The notes: generated from the letters alone by a model not told the origin. A stretch of DNA of 64,000 bases from an uncultured Fibrobacter sp. (GCA_964411655.1 CAYPMS010000008.1:812-64811), one strand, 5' to 3'; shown: positions 29,105-39,082, numbered from the stretch's first letter. Numbers and translations are program-made.

Positions 29105-29626
29105 ATGTCTATATTTTTACAAAGAATAATCAGGGCATCAAAACTGGATATTTCTCTTTATGAAGAGGTTGAAGCCGACTCGACAGCCCTGCTTCCTGCT
29201 ATGCTGGTGGTGGTCATCTCTTCTCTGGCAGCAGGTTTTGGAACTGTTCAACAGATTGGTCCTCGTGGAATCTTATGGGGAACAGCTACTGCTCTTGCTG
29301 GCTGGTTTGTGTGGTCCTTTTTAACCTTTCTTATAGGCACCAGAATTCTTCCTGAACCTCAAACTGAAGCTGATTACGGACAGCTTCTCAGAACTATCGG
29401 CTTCTCCAGTGCTCCTGGTATAATAAGAATTCTGGGGGTAATACCAATAATAGGATTCATGGCCTTCTTCGTTTCTTCCATCTGGATGCTCGCTGCAATG
29501 ATTGTAGCTGTTCGTCAGGCACTAGATTATTCCTCTACCTGGCGAGCTGTCGCAGTATGTGCAATCGGATGGTCAGTTCAAATAGTGGCAATTATAATTG
29601 TGAGTTCAATTTTTTACCATACCTGA
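29105..29626 (+). CDS. Yip1-family integral membrane protein
   Basis: A short soluble N-terminus (IIRASKLDISLYEEVEAD) is followed by 4-5 TM helices, as is typical of the Yip1/YIPF-like domain. Confidence 0.6.
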   Translation: MSIFLQRIIRASKLDISLYEEVEADSTALLPAMLVVVISSLAAGFGTVQQIGPRGILWGTATALAGWFVWSFLTFLIGTRILPEPQTEADYGQLLRTIGFSSAPGIIRILGVIPIIGFMAFFVSSIWMLAAMIVAVRQALDYSSTWRAVAVCAIGWSVQIVAIIIVSSIFYHT

Positions 29627-29641
29627 AAACATCTGGAATTA

Positions 29642-30913
29642 TTAGTTCTTCTCTGATGCTGCACTTAAACTCTGTTGAATTATAAAGGGAGTCACAAAAA
29701 TCACCAAATCTTTTTTTTCTAAGCTTTTTTCGGATTTTTTAAACAGATTGCCTAAAAGAGGAATATTTTTAAGCACAGGGATCCCTGATTCGTTTTTTTG
29801 CGTCTCATTAGAAGTCAGACCGGCAATCACCACCGTTTCACCATTAGAAACAACCACATTGGTTGAAGCACTTTGTTCGTTAATTATAGGAACTCCATCC
29901 TGAAGGGTATAGGACTCTTTTCTTGGACTCAATTCAAGCAATATGCGACCGTTTCCTGAGATGTGAGGTTTAACGACCAATTCAGTTCCAGCATTTACCA
30001 TTTGAACAACCGTATTGCCTGCCTCATCCAGGTACTTAACCGGCACCTGCTGTCCCATAAATATCCTGGCTTCCTTATTGTCCAGGGTTGTAATTTGTGG
30101 TTGTGCAACTATCTCTCCCTTATTATCATTAAACAGATATTCGAGAGTAACATCAAATTTTTCCGGACTGATCACGCCATAACTTATCCGTTCCAAAGCT
30201 CCGGATATAATATTGGTTTTTTCCGGTATATGTACACCCTCCACTTTACTTGCAGGATCGGTATATCCCCAATGCACTCCCATCCTCTGAATGGCGCCTG
30301 AACTCACCTCTATTATCTTGCATGAAATGGAGATCTGAGCAGTTTCCACATCCAGTTGTGAAATCATCGACTTAATTTGGTTCACATTCTCTTCTGTATC
30401 GTAGATGATGAGAGCATTTGTATGCTCTACCACCGTAATTTTTCCTCTGGAAGATAAAAGTTCTTCAATCGATTTCTTCATCTCAGTTGCAGGAATATGC
30501 AAAATCCGTACAATCTCCCGCTTTAAATCACCTATTTCCAGAAGAGTCCCAGACGAAGGGTTTTCATTTTGCTGTCTTTTGTTCAACTGCTCTGCAGGAA
30601 GTACATAAAAGTATGTGCCTTCATCGACCGCAGCCAGATTATTTATGCGACATATAATAGTCAGTATCTCTCTCCAGCTCTTGTTTGAAACAGAAAGTGA
30701 TGTCGTACCTTTTACCGTTTCCCCTGCTATAATATCAACTCCACTGAATGCACTGAGCTGCTTGAATACTGAATGGATCTCTGCATTGTGCACTTCGAAG
30801 AGATCTATTTTCTTTTCGTTATTTCTCCGGGATGAGGACTGGGCATTAGCTTCAAAGCCAATTAAACAGAGCATAATTATGAAATTGATTCTTAAAACAA
30901 CTGTTAAGTTCAT
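29642..30913 (-). CDS. pilQ: Type IV pilus secretin PilQ (short form without AMIN domains)
   Basis: A signal peptide and an N0-like segment (SVFKQLSAFSGVDIIAGETVKG...WREIL) are present. The C-terminal secretin core is IPVLKNIPLLGNLFK...DLVIFVTPFII. It is the last gene of the pilMNOP-Q string. Confidence 0.85.
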   Translation of the reverse strand: MNLTVVLRINFIIMLCLIGFEANAQSSSRRNNEKKIDLFEVHNAEIHSVFKQLSAFSGVDIIAGETVKGTTSLSVSNKSWREILTIICRINNLAAVDEGTYFYVLPAEQLNKRQQNENPSSGTLLEIGDLKREIVRILHIPATEMKKSIEELLSSRGKITVVEHTNALIIYDTEENVNQIKSMISQLDVETAQISISCKIIEVSSGAIQRMGVHWGYTDPASKVEGVHIPEKTNIISGALERISYGVISPEKFDVTLEYLFNDNKGEIVAQPQITTLDNKEARIFMGQQVPVKYLDEAGNTVVQMVNAGTELVVKPHISGNGRILLELSPRKESYTLQDGVPIINEQSASTNVVVSNGETVVIAGLTSNETQKNESGIPVLKNIPLLGNLFKKSEKSLEKKDLVIFVTPFIIQQSLSAASEKN

Positions 30914-32454
30914 CGTATCCCCACTTCCTGATGTAGTGAATTATTTGTGAGGCGCAAAGTAACCGATCGTGAAATACCATATTCTGTAATCAGAAACACG
31001 ATTCTGTCTCTGTAAATTTTTAATACTTTTCCTCTTTCTACCCGGTCTTCCTCTCTCAAAGTAAATGGACGGTTATCATTCTTTTTATCCTCCAGCAAAC
31101 CAATCCGATCTCTGTTATCATAAAGGATCCCTACCAGACGAAGGTTTTCAACAAGCGGCAATCCCAGATCCGATTCAACACTGCTGATATATGGTAAAAA
31201 TGGATCACGACCCTTGCGATGATAACGGATCATATTCTTATATCTTCCATCAAAGATTGTATCAGCCAATCCAGTCTCTGACAATTCATTATCCAAAGGG
31301 AGAGGTATTTCCGAACCGAGATTCACTCTCAGCTGGGTTAAAGAATCGGTCTGTATCTGCTGCATTGTCTTAATACCCGAAGACAAGTAACTGCTTTCCT
31401 GATCCTCCGTTTTCTGAATCACTCCCTCCAACGGCTGTGGCGATTGAGCTATCATCTCTTTATTTCTCTCCTGTATCGAAAAGAGCAGGTTTTGTGTAAA
31501 AGGTATACAACGGTCATTTTGAATCTGTCTTTCAAGTGATTTCATGTCAATTTCATAAACTGGCATTTTGTAGAAATCATAACCAAGCTCCATCCCATCC
31601 AAAGAATTCCATAAAACTGCTTTCCGTTCATTCTTTAGTGTTGTATACAGAGAAAGGCCCGGGCCGGTTTTACTTAAGATATTGAAGGCTGAATTGTTGA
31701 TATCGCGATTCAGAATGACTCTTGCCCACAATAACTGCTTGTTTCCGGCTTTGGTTTGGTCCAGTTTTATACTTTTAAAAACAGTTCCCTCCGGTAAATC
31801 AAAAAAAGTCGAATTGATTGCACTGCCGGCATTGTTGAACTTTATCAATAAAGTATCTTCTTTACGTTTTATATCACAGTTTACTGCGGTATTGAAATCA
31901 AAATACAGTTCACAGATATTATCGCGGTTAAATAAACGGATATTTCGCAGGTTAGAGGATGAAAGACTATGCTCATCCACCAATTGAGCCGGATTTGTCA
32001 TTTGTTTGGAATCCAAATCTGACAGACTAAATTTTAACGGAGCAAAAGGTTTACTGGAAAGCAGTGCCATCCAGGTATTTCCCTTTGATTGTGATCTGAT
32101 AATGGAGTCTGCTGAAGTGCGAAGGGCAATATTGAGTTCAACACCTTCTTTCCTGTTTTCTATGGAAATACTTTTAAGAGCAGCATCCGACTGAAACTTG
32201 TCAAAATTGACCAAATTTTCCTTATATGTACAGCCTTTGATCAGAATAGTAACAGAAGAATTATTCTTCTTTAGAAGATGAGTACTGGAAGCACAATCAG
32301 ATGTAATAGAGATCGCCAATCCTCTGGAACCTGCTACCACAGCCAGATCAGAAACAGAGGGTGCTCCAAATACAGAAAAGGCCGAAAGTAAAACAGTATT
32401 GATAATCAGCCATTGCAGCACAAGTATCCGGTTTTTTCTGCATTTCCTGCACAT
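30910..32454 (-). CDS. Pilus assembly protein: two AMIN-like modules plus C-terminal PilP-like domain
   Basis: The gene occupies the pilP slot between pilO and pilQ, with 4-nt overlaps. The C-terminus (DPFLPY...LRLVGILYDNRDRIGLLED...VERGKVLKIYRDRIVF) fits the PilP pattern. The N-terminal repeats look AMIN-like. The domain calls were made by eye. Confidence 0.5.
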   Translation of the reverse strand: MCRKCRKNRILVLQWLIINTVLLSAFSVFGAPSVSDLAVVAGSRGLAISITSDCASSTHLLKKNNSSVTILIKGCTYKENLVNFDKFQSDAALKSISIENRKEGVELNIALRTSADSIIRSQSKGNTWMALLSSKPFAPLKFSLSDLDSKQMTNPAQLVDEHSLSSSNLRNIRLFNRDNICELYFDFNTAVNCDIKRKEDTLLIKFNNAGSAINSTFFDLPEGTVFKSIKLDQTKAGNKQLLWARVILNRDINNSAFNILSKTGPGLSLYTTLKNERKAVLWNSLDGMELGYDFYKMPVYEIDMKSLERQIQNDRCIPFTQNLLFSIQERNKEMIAQSPQPLEGVIQKTEDQESSYLSSGIKTMQQIQTDSLTQLRVNLGSEIPLPLDNELSETGLADTIFDGRYKNMIRYHRKGRDPFLPYISSVESDLGLPLVENLRLVGILYDNRDRIGLLEDKKNDNRPFTLREEDRVERGKVLKIYRDRIVFLITEYGISRSVTLRLTNNSLHQEVGIR

Positions 32455-32456
32455 AG

Positions 32457-33047
32457 TTATCTTTTCGATGAAAATGTGGTCATTTCGAAAGAGGAAACCA
32501 CAGTCACGCCTGTCGTTTCCATAAGTTCATCTTGCGGCTGAGCTGAATTTAACGAACTGGCTACAATGTTTACAGAAGTCAAATTGATAATCAATGCGAA
32601 ATTCGCCAGAAAAGCAAAAAATTCAGCAAGCTCATGATAACCGCCTTCAATAGTTACATTATACCGGTTTTCTACATAATACTCCTTCTCGATATCAGGA
32701 AGAGGATTGAAACGGGTGGTAGTAATTCCTGAAGCCCGTGCAACAGCATTAATCTCTCTGAGAAGCTTAGGGATCTCCTTATGGTCAGGGAAGATAGATT
32801 TGAGCGAATCCAGTTTATGTTGAGATTTTGCAAGGTCCTCCTTGAGTACATCGAGTTGAGGCTTTAAGGCAAGGATAGTACGCAAAGTGTCCTGTTTGTC
32901 TTTCTGTTTTTTCTGCAAAGATACCAGGCTTTCCATTGAAGGGGTATAAAAATACTGATACCAAAACAAAGCAATCACAGCTGTAACAGCAACCACAATC
33001 AGTGGGTTTCTTACCTTGGGGTTTTTCAGGTTAAAAGAAATTTTCAT
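32457..33047 (-). CDS. pilO: Type IV pilus biogenesis protein PilO
   Basis: It has an N-terminal TM helix, a coiled coil and a ferredoxin-like C-terminus. Its position and length match PilO, and its start overlaps the pilN stop (ATGA). Confidence 0.75.
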   Translation of the reverse strand: MKISFNLKNPKVRNPLIVVAVTAVIALFWYQYFYTPSMESLVSLQKKQKDKQDTLRTILALKPQLDVLKEDLAKSQHKLDSLKSIFPDHKEIPKLLREINAVARASGITTTRFNPLPDIEKEYYVENRYNVTIEGGYHELAEFFAFLANFALIINLTSVNIVASSLNSAQPQDELMETTGVTVVSSFEMTTFSSKR

Positions 33048-33664
33048 GGTGTATTTCCCCCTGAAACCTGACTTGCCATTTCAGAATAAGCACTAAGTTT
33101 TGCATCAGGATTAATTTTACAGGAAATATGAAAACTGAAAAGTCTGCTCTTCTGATCGATTTGCTCTATTCTTGAAAGGTCAACACTATTTACATATTCA
33201 CTTTCCTTTAAACGTGACATATAATTTGCGACTTCCGGGAAAGAGAATGTCCGCCCTTCTATATGAATTACAGGCGGAGTACTGTTTTCCTCCATTATGG
33301 AGATAAGCCATGTGTACTCCGGAAGTCTGCTGCTGAGTTCTTCCATCAGCCTTACCCATTTTTCACGATTTACACTGATACGTTCTAATGCCCTGATCTT
33401 CTCACCTATGAGCAGTTGATCCGAACGAAGTTTTTTAATTTCCTCGTGAATTGGACGATTGATTGCAATTTGCTGCTCAAGGACCTTTATCTCGTTCTCA
33501 CATATTCCCTTGGTATTTTCAATATTGACACTCCAGAACATCAGCCCCAGACATGTAAGCACCAGTGCGATAAGCGGGTAAACCACTTCCCTCTCAAGAT
33601 TGAAGCTTTTCCTGTGAACCCGATATTCGGCAGGCAGCAGATTTATTTCTATTCTTTCTACCAT
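33044..33664 (-). CDS. pilN: Type IV pilus biogenesis protein PilN
   Basis: The N-terminal INLLP motif, a single TM helix and a coiled coil are present. Confidence 0.8.
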   Translation of the reverse strand: MVERIEINLLPAEYRVHRKSFNLEREVVYPLIALVLTCLGLMFWSVNIENTKGICENEIKVLEQQIAINRPIHEEIKKLRSDQLLIGEKIRALERISVNREKWVRLMEELSSRLPEYTWLISIMEENSTPPVIHIEGRTFSFPEVANYMSRLKESEYVNSVDLSRIEQIDQKSRLFSFHISCKINPDAKLSAYSEMASQVSGGNTP

Positions 33665-33668
33665 TTAT

Positions 33669-34733
33669 TCATTCACATTTTCTTAAAGCCAAACCTATAG
33701 CCACCGTCAGCAGAGCAGAAAAACTCTGTGGTGCCATGTTCCCAAATAAACCCGGATCAAACTGCAGAAATGACAGGGGATTAGCCACCCTGACCTGAAT
33801 CTGAAGCTTTTGGGCTAGAATAGATTCGATATTCGGAATATAAGCACCTCCTCCAGACAAGACGATCTTATCTATACTATCATTTTTCTCTGAACTTTTG
33901 AAATAAGAAAAAGCCAGTTCGATACCCGAAGAGAGTTCTTCTGCTGCATACTCGATACTCTGCATAACTTTATTGGCATCGATAGAATCGGTAAAACGTC
34001 CCTTCAATGCCAGAGAAGCTTCTTCACTGTTGAGACCAAGATTGCGCTGCACTATTTTGTGGAAATATCCACCCGCTGTGGAAACATCCCTGGTGGAATG
34101 ATAGATCCCATCTTTAACAAAGGTAATATTGGTAAGGTCGTGACCTATATTTACCAGAGCAACAACCCCCTTGTCCGGGTTTGCAGATGATTCCATTGCA
34201 TAGCAGTTGTTTATAGCGAAAGCATCGACATCGATTATAACCGGCCGCAGACCGGTATCATAGAGAAGATCGATATATTTCTGCATGATCTGATTTTTTG
34301 CTGCAATAAGCAATACCTCCACCTCCCCGGTTTCATGGTTGCGATGAAGGATCTTGTAATCAAGGGTGATATCATCCACATCGAAAGGACTTCTCTGGCC
34401 CGCTTCCCACAGAATCATCTCTTCTGCATTATCATTGGAATCGATTTTAAAGATAAATTTATCTGAGATGATTCCATGGCCGGACATGGAAATCACCACC
34501 TCCACAATAGAAGGATCGCATTGATTAACCAGGTTACTTATAGCCTCAATCAGTACATCCCGTTTCTTAATTTCGCTTCCTTCGATTGTACCTGCAGGAA
34601 GCTCTTTGATTCCCACTGCCTCCAGAAAATATCCTTCTTTAAGATGAACTATTTTCACCAGTTTTATAGAATGATTTCCGATATCCAGCCCTACGGTGGC
34701 TTTCGGGGAGTTGAATTTACTGAACAGTTTCAT
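33669..34733 (-). CDS. pilM: Type IV pilus assembly ATPase-fold protein PilM
   Basis: It has an actin/FtsA-like fold sequence (VGLDIGNHSIKLV, VIIDVDAF, LSGGGA). It is the first gene of the operon. Confidence 0.88.
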   Translation of the reverse strand: MKLFSKFNSPKATVGLDIGNHSIKLVKIVHLKEGYFLEAVGIKELPAGTIEGSEIKKRDVLIEAISNLVNQCDPSIVEVVISMSGHGIISDKFIFKIDSNDNAEEMILWEAGQRSPFDVDDITLDYKILHRNHETGEVEVLLIAAKNQIMQKYIDLLYDTGLRPVIIDVDAFAINNCYAMESSANPDKGVVALVNIGHDLTNITFVKDGIYHSTRDVSTAGGYFHKIVQRNLGLNSEEASLALKGRFTDSIDANKVMQSIEYAAEELSSGIELAFSYFKSSEKNDSIDKIVLSGGGAYIPNIESILAQKLQIQVRVANPLSFLQFDPGLFGNMAPQSFSALLTVAIGLALRKCE

Positions 34734-34872
34734 TAAAAGATACCTGGGTTCTCTGGTTTATTATTTCAGGATTGATTACAGAAAACCTACACTATTAACA
34801 TGTAACATGAAGGCAGAAATCTGTCAATATTAAATCGTTTAAATTGAGGAATTTTCGGGTAAAGACGATTGT

Positions 34873-35307
34873 TTAATGCATCTGCTCTGGCACCCAGGTG
34901 GAATCTGTTCCATTTACCTGAAGCCTTAACACTATCTGACGCTCTTCGGTAACGTTGTTTATATACCCCCGGGAAACAATGGTCATATAAAAGGTCTGAT
35001 CCTGAAGATATGGTCGGAGTTCCACAGAAAAAAAACCGCTTTCGTAGCTGGTTTTTTTATATCCTTCCTGCCAGGACGGCATCTCATTTATCTTCTGCAA
35101 TGTAATGAGCATTCCATACTCACTCAGCTCAATTGCTTTTCGATGGTATTCCTGACCGTTCTGCTGATAATTCTGGATCAATGAATAGATTAATACACCA
35201 ATGATAATAAGAGTAGTAAACGCAATTATTACTCTGAATATAACGCCCCCCTGCTGAAGACAGGTGGCTCTTCCCTCATCCATTTTTTTCATTTTTTTTA
35301 TTATCAA
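34873..35307 (-). CDS. Hypothetical membrane-anchored protein
   Basis: A single N-terminal TM helix (VIFRVIIAFTTLIIIGVLIYSL) is present and no recognisable domain. The start is uncertain: TTG at 35307, or ATG at 35292 or 35283. Confidence 0.4.
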   Translation of the reverse strand: MIIKKMKKMDEGRATCLQQGGVIFRVIIAFTTLIIIGVLIYSLIQNYQQNGQEYHRKAIELSEYGMLITLQKINEMPSWQEGYKKTSYESGFFSVELRPYLQDQTFYMTIVSRGYINNVTEERQIVLRLQVNGTDSTWVPEQMH

Positions 35308-35352
35308 AATTCAGTATCCGTCCACAAATCGAATGTAATATACTCAAAGGCT

Positions 35353-36501
35353 TCAACGCCATTGATTAAGCTGACGCTGTTTTTCGAAAACGAATCTGAT
35401 TATTTTCTCTCTGACTGGCGTTTCAATATCAATAAACTGCAGGCTGTGCCGGTAAAAAGTGGCATCATGAATCTCCTGAAGACTCACTCTGAGAATTCTG
35501 GCCCCAATCCCGCTAAAAACATTATCGGCGACCTTAAAACAAAGAGAAACAATATCTCCGGGAATTAATGACTTCTCCACTACTATACATCCACCACCAC
35601 CGCTTATATCAACCATACGTCCTTCAATTAATCCGCCAATCCCTACACTGCTCTCATCTCTTGCACTTCTTATCAATCTTAATTTTACCGGAATGTTTAT
35701 ATCTACCCGGGCATACTGCCGCAACTGATTTCTGGTCAACTCAAGAGTATGTCTGAAATCAACTGTGGATTGATCTTTTCCGCAGATCACTACCTGAACA
35801 CCATACACACCGTCACTTTGTCTTGCTAATGCAAGCATTACCGATTGACCTTCAAGTATCCCAAGACTTTCCTCTTTTTCCGGATCATACTGAATTCTAA
35901 AATAAAACTCTTTATTTTGCACCACTCTGGCATTGTGTATAAGTGTAGCCTTACTCCTTCGATTGATCACAGAGACTTTCTGCCCAACTTCGAGATTTCG
36001 GGTGGAAATAAGCGGATGTTCGTAAGGAAGAAAACCATATCCCAGTTTTTTCCTTATCATACCAAGAATCTCTTCCTGCTCTTCGATAACATCCCTGGAT
36101 ACATTCTGTTGAAGTAAAGAGCTTACTTCTGCATCGATGCATCTCTCAAAAATTGATGCCGATTGAAATATTACATGTGGATGACTGACATTGGCATACT
36201 GAAGAAGTTCTTTTATTTTAGCAGTTTCAGCTTCATTTAATTCCGCTTTTTCTAAATTCTTCTGGAAAATTTGATATGCCCGTCTATTTATTTCATTCTG
36301 TCGTCTGAATTTTGCCTGTAAATGCATCAGGATCATAATCCCGACTCCGGAAATAACAGTCAGAACAAGACCTGTTATTATAGAAATATCAGCGCCTCTC
36401 CAACCGATCTGGTCAAAGAGGCTTTGCGCGTTTGCCATACAGACAAACAGAACCGATATTGTCAATGGAAACACAAAAAATATATTTTTTGAATTCGCCA
36501 T
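35353..36501 (-). CDS. Membrane-anchored PilZ-domain protein (YcgR-like c-di-GMP receptor)
   Basis: The PilZ motifs are RQYARVD (RxxxR) and MVDISGGGG (DxSxxG). The N-terminus has a signal/TM segment. The preferred start is ATG 36501, with AGGTGAAG 5 nt upstream. Confidence 0.8.
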   Translation of the reverse strand: MANSKNIFFVFPLTISVLFVCMANAQSLFDQIGWRGADISIITGLVLTVISGVGIMILMHLQAKFRRQNEINRRAYQIFQKNLEKAELNEAETAKIKELLQYANVSHPHVIFQSASIFERCIDAEVSSLLQQNVSRDVIEEQEEILGMIRKKLGYGFLPYEHPLISTRNLEVGQKVSVINRRSKATLIHNARVVQNKEFYFRIQYDPEKEESLGILEGQSVMLALARQSDGVYGVQVVICGKDQSTVDFRHTLELTRNQLRQYARVDINIPVKLRLIRSARDESSVGIGGLIEGRMVDISGGGGCIVVEKSLIPGDIVSLCFKVADNVFSGIGARILRVSLQEIHDATFYRHSLQFIDIETPVREKIIRFVFEKQRQLNQWR

Positions 36502-36643
36502 AAGCTTCACCTGATTGAAAAGTATAAAGGTTAAACAATAAATTGTCTATGTTTTTTTAAAAATTAAACCCACTATGACCTTTGATACTATCCTGTTGCA
36601 TAACTGCTTAACCCCAGATATAATGATTAAGAGGACACACAAA

Positions 36644-36964
36644 ATGAAAAAAATTGCAGTTGAAAATATTGAAGATGGAATGGTGTTATCCAGAGAAGTC
36701 TGCAACTCATCAGGTAACACGCTTGTTTCCAAGGGAACAGCGCTTACCGCTGCACTGGGAAGAAGGCTGAAAAACTGGGGTATCCATTACGTTTACATCG
36801 AAGGAGAAGAGCTGTCAACAGAAGAATCAAGTATTGTATATAATTCCCCTGAAGAACTCAAAGAACATCTGCTATCCAAATTTTCTTCTGTAATGGAAAA
36901 TCCCATAATGGAAAAACTTTTTGTGGCCATATACCAATACCGTTTACAAAAAAACAGCAGATAG
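36644..36964 (+). CDS. Small protein homologous to the N-terminal domain of the HD-GYP protein at 7405-8613
   Basis: MKKIAVENIEDGMVLSREVCNSSGNTLVSKGTALTAALGRRLKNWGIHYVYIEGEE aligns by eye with LDQVQEDMVLGESIVLPSGELLLAAGYRVKERYRERLKQLGYRNVLIDVEG. The start ATG at 36644 is preceded by AAGAGGA. Confidence 0.55.
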   Translation: MKKIAVENIEDGMVLSREVCNSSGNTLVSKGTALTAALGRRLKNWGIHYVYIEGEELSTEESSIVYNSPEELKEHLLSKFSSVMENPIMEKLFVAIYQYRLQKNSR

Positions 36965-36971
36965 GAGAAGA

Positions 36972-37832
36972 ATGCCAGACCAGAAAAAAATATTGGAGAA
37001 GATCGTCAACCTCTCTTCAATTCCTACCCTGCCTTCCATTATCGGACAGATTACCGATCTTCTTCAAAACCCAAAGACCTCTGCAGAAGAGCTGGGACGG
37101 GCTATTTCGTCGGATCAGGCTCTTGCAGCCAAGGTATTAAAACTGGTAAACTCAGCATTCTACGGATTTCCCGGACGTATCAGCACTATTACACATGCGA
37201 TTGTAATACTGGGCTTTTCCACCGTTAAAAATGTAGTCCTCACTGCATCTATTCTGGATATGTTCAAAAAGAAATCAGATGACACCTCCGATTTTGATAT
37301 CGGACAGTTCTGGATGCATTCGATATCCTGTGGCGCTGCCGCAAAATCAATTGCACGATTCACAGACAATAAAAAAAAGGAAGAATGCTTCATTGCAGGA
37401 CTGATCCATGATTTAGGAAAAATATTGCTATATCAGTATCTTCCGGAACTCTTCATGGAAGCATACACCTTTTCAATCCAGAACAAGCAGCTTTTTTATG
37501 AAAGCGAACTGCAATTATTCAAAATATCTCATCAGGAAATCGGCGGTGCTCTGGCAGAAAGATGGAATCTTCCGCAAATGCTGCAGCAGGCAATTAAATA
37601 TCACCATGCCCCACAGCCGGCTCAGGAGTGTTTTTCCACCACCGCTATTGTCCATTGTGCAGATATTCTGGTACGGGCTTTAGACTTTGGTTACGGAGGA
37701 GATAATCAGTTACCCAACATGTCGGAAGCCGTCTGGAAAAGTCTCAATATGGATTCAATTCCAGCTTCAACCCTTTTTGATATGATATCCTATGAAATAG
37801 AAAAAGCTACCGCATTCGTTCAATTTTCCTGA
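36972..37832 (+). CDS. HDOD domain protein
   Basis: LPTLPSIIGQI...DQALAAKVLKLVNSAFYG...GLIHDLGK is the HDOD pattern. The start ATG at 36972 is preceded by AGGAGAAG. Confidence 0.85.
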   Translation: MPDQKKILEKIVNLSSIPTLPSIIGQITDLLQNPKTSAEELGRAISSDQALAAKVLKLVNSAFYGFPGRISTITHAIVILGFSTVKNVVLTASILDMFKKKSDDTSDFDIGQFWMHSISCGAAAKSIARFTDNKKKEECFIAGLIHDLGKILLYQYLPELFMEAYTFSIQNKQLFYESELQLFKISHQEIGGALAERWNLPQMLQQAIKYHHAPQPAQECFSTTAIVHCADILVRALDFGYGGDNQLPNMSEAVWKSLNMDSIPASTLFDMISYEIEKATAFVQFS

Positions 37833-38026
37833 TCAGTATGCTGATCTGTGGAAACATTCTGCTCCTCGAGAGTCTTTAGAAACAGCTTTTTACGAAGTTG
37901 AGAACGGACTTTCTGATTCTCCTGATGACTTTGAGGCATCCTGAGTCCCTTAATCAGAAATGTAAGTGCCAGCAGACCAAACAATATCAGTAAATAAGTA
38001 GTGAGTGGAAGATCAACAGGATCCAT
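37820..38026 (-). CDS. Small single-pass membrane protein
   Basis: It is 68 aa with a TM helix (YLLILFGLLALTFLI). Its ATG directly abuts the TAA of the upstream glycosyltransferase gene (TAAATG). Confidence 0.4.
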   Translation of the reverse strand: MDPVDLPLTTYLLILFGLLALTFLIKGLRMPQSHQENQKVRSQLRKKLFLKTLEEQNVSTDQHTDQEN

Positions 38027-39001
38027 TTATGTACACTCCTTGCTGAAATTAATTCTTGGGCTCAATTCCGATTCCTCACACACTTCTTTGCTATATGACG
38101 AACCTTCGGCAATAATTAAAAAATCTGATACATTCTTCCAGGAAACCAATCCATGTTTTTGCATCCTGCTAATCATCACCTTTAAAAGCGCAAAAGACAT
38201 TTTACTCAATTCTGCCACGGTGCGGTTTCGATGCCAACGCTGTCCCATATCTACCTGAGCGACTCTTGACAAGCCCTGAGAAAAATAGATATCCATCAGC
38301 AATCCTATCTCCACCCCATACCCCGAAAAAACTGGTAAGGTTTCCAATAGTGAACGTTTTATGGCATATTCACCCGCTAATGGCTGATTAAAACAGGCCA
38401 GCTCAGGAATAAATGCAGAGAGCAAAGGGCGCACCAGAATCTCGGTGACTCTTCCACCATGATTCTCATATACTCCAGATCCCAAAAGCAATGGCCGCTT
38501 ATAGAACGCTTTGACAAAATCATACTCCTGGTACATAAGCAGTGGCCCCAGCAGCCCGCAGATAAACCGCTCATCAAAATCAATTATATCCGAATCGATA
38601 AATATCAGAATATCACCAGAAGTTATGAACTGGGATTTCCATAAAGCAACCCCTTTACCAGAGCAGTTTACCTTCGGACCGGCAGAATCCGGAGTGTAAA
38701 CCGATGCACCAGCCTTGCAGGCCTCCTTCACCGTACTATCATTGGAAAAGCCATCCATAACCACAATTTCATCCACAATCGCTATCTCCTCCATCATCTT
38801 CTGATGAATCATGGATACGATCGTTCCAATGGTCTTTGCCTCATTTAGAGCCGGAATAACTACACTTATACTTATTCCCTTCTGTTTTTTGGCCTTAAGT
38901 AACTGTAATTTTGATAAAAAGGCACTACTGTGAAAAGTCTTTATCATCCATTTTATCCGATTAAATAGAGGAATAGTAAAGAAATGTAATGATACATTCA
39001 A
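38027..39001 (-). CDS. GT-A glycosyltransferase resembling glucosyl-3-phosphoglycerate synthase (GpgS-like)
   Basis: ISVVIPALNEAKTIG, VVMDGFSNDST and IFIDSDI (DxD) are present. The overall length and C-terminal pattern resemble GpgS/MpgS-type enzymes. An alternative start is at 38947. Confidence 0.6.
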   Translation of the reverse strand: MNVSLHFFTIPLFNRIKWMIKTFHSSAFLSKLQLLKAKKQKGISISVVIPALNEAKTIGTIVSMIHQKMMEEIAIVDEIVVMDGFSNDSTVKEACKAGASVYTPDSAGPKVNCSGKGVALWKSQFITSGDILIFIDSDIIDFDERFICGLLGPLLMYQEYDFVKAFYKRPLLLGSGVYENHGGRVTEILVRPLLSAFIPELACFNQPLAGEYAIKRSLLETLPVFSGYGVEIGLLMDIYFSQGLSRVAQVDMGQRWHRNRTVAELSKMSFALLKVMISRMQKHGLVSWKNVSDFLIIAEGSSYSKEVCEESELSPRINFSKECT

Positions 39002-39082
39002 AAGACAATATCAGGCAACCTCCTTTTACTGTCTCTTGAATGCTCGCTGAAGTTGATGTTTCCAAATACTTATGATCTAAAC

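Noticed and set aside
34873-35307. The 144-aa protein upstream of the pilus operon as a possible type IV pilin or pseudopilin.
   Set aside because: The N-terminus (…QQGGVIFRVIIAF…) lacks the G/FTLxE prepilin cleavage motif and the conserved Glu5. I call it only a membrane-anchored hypothetical protein.
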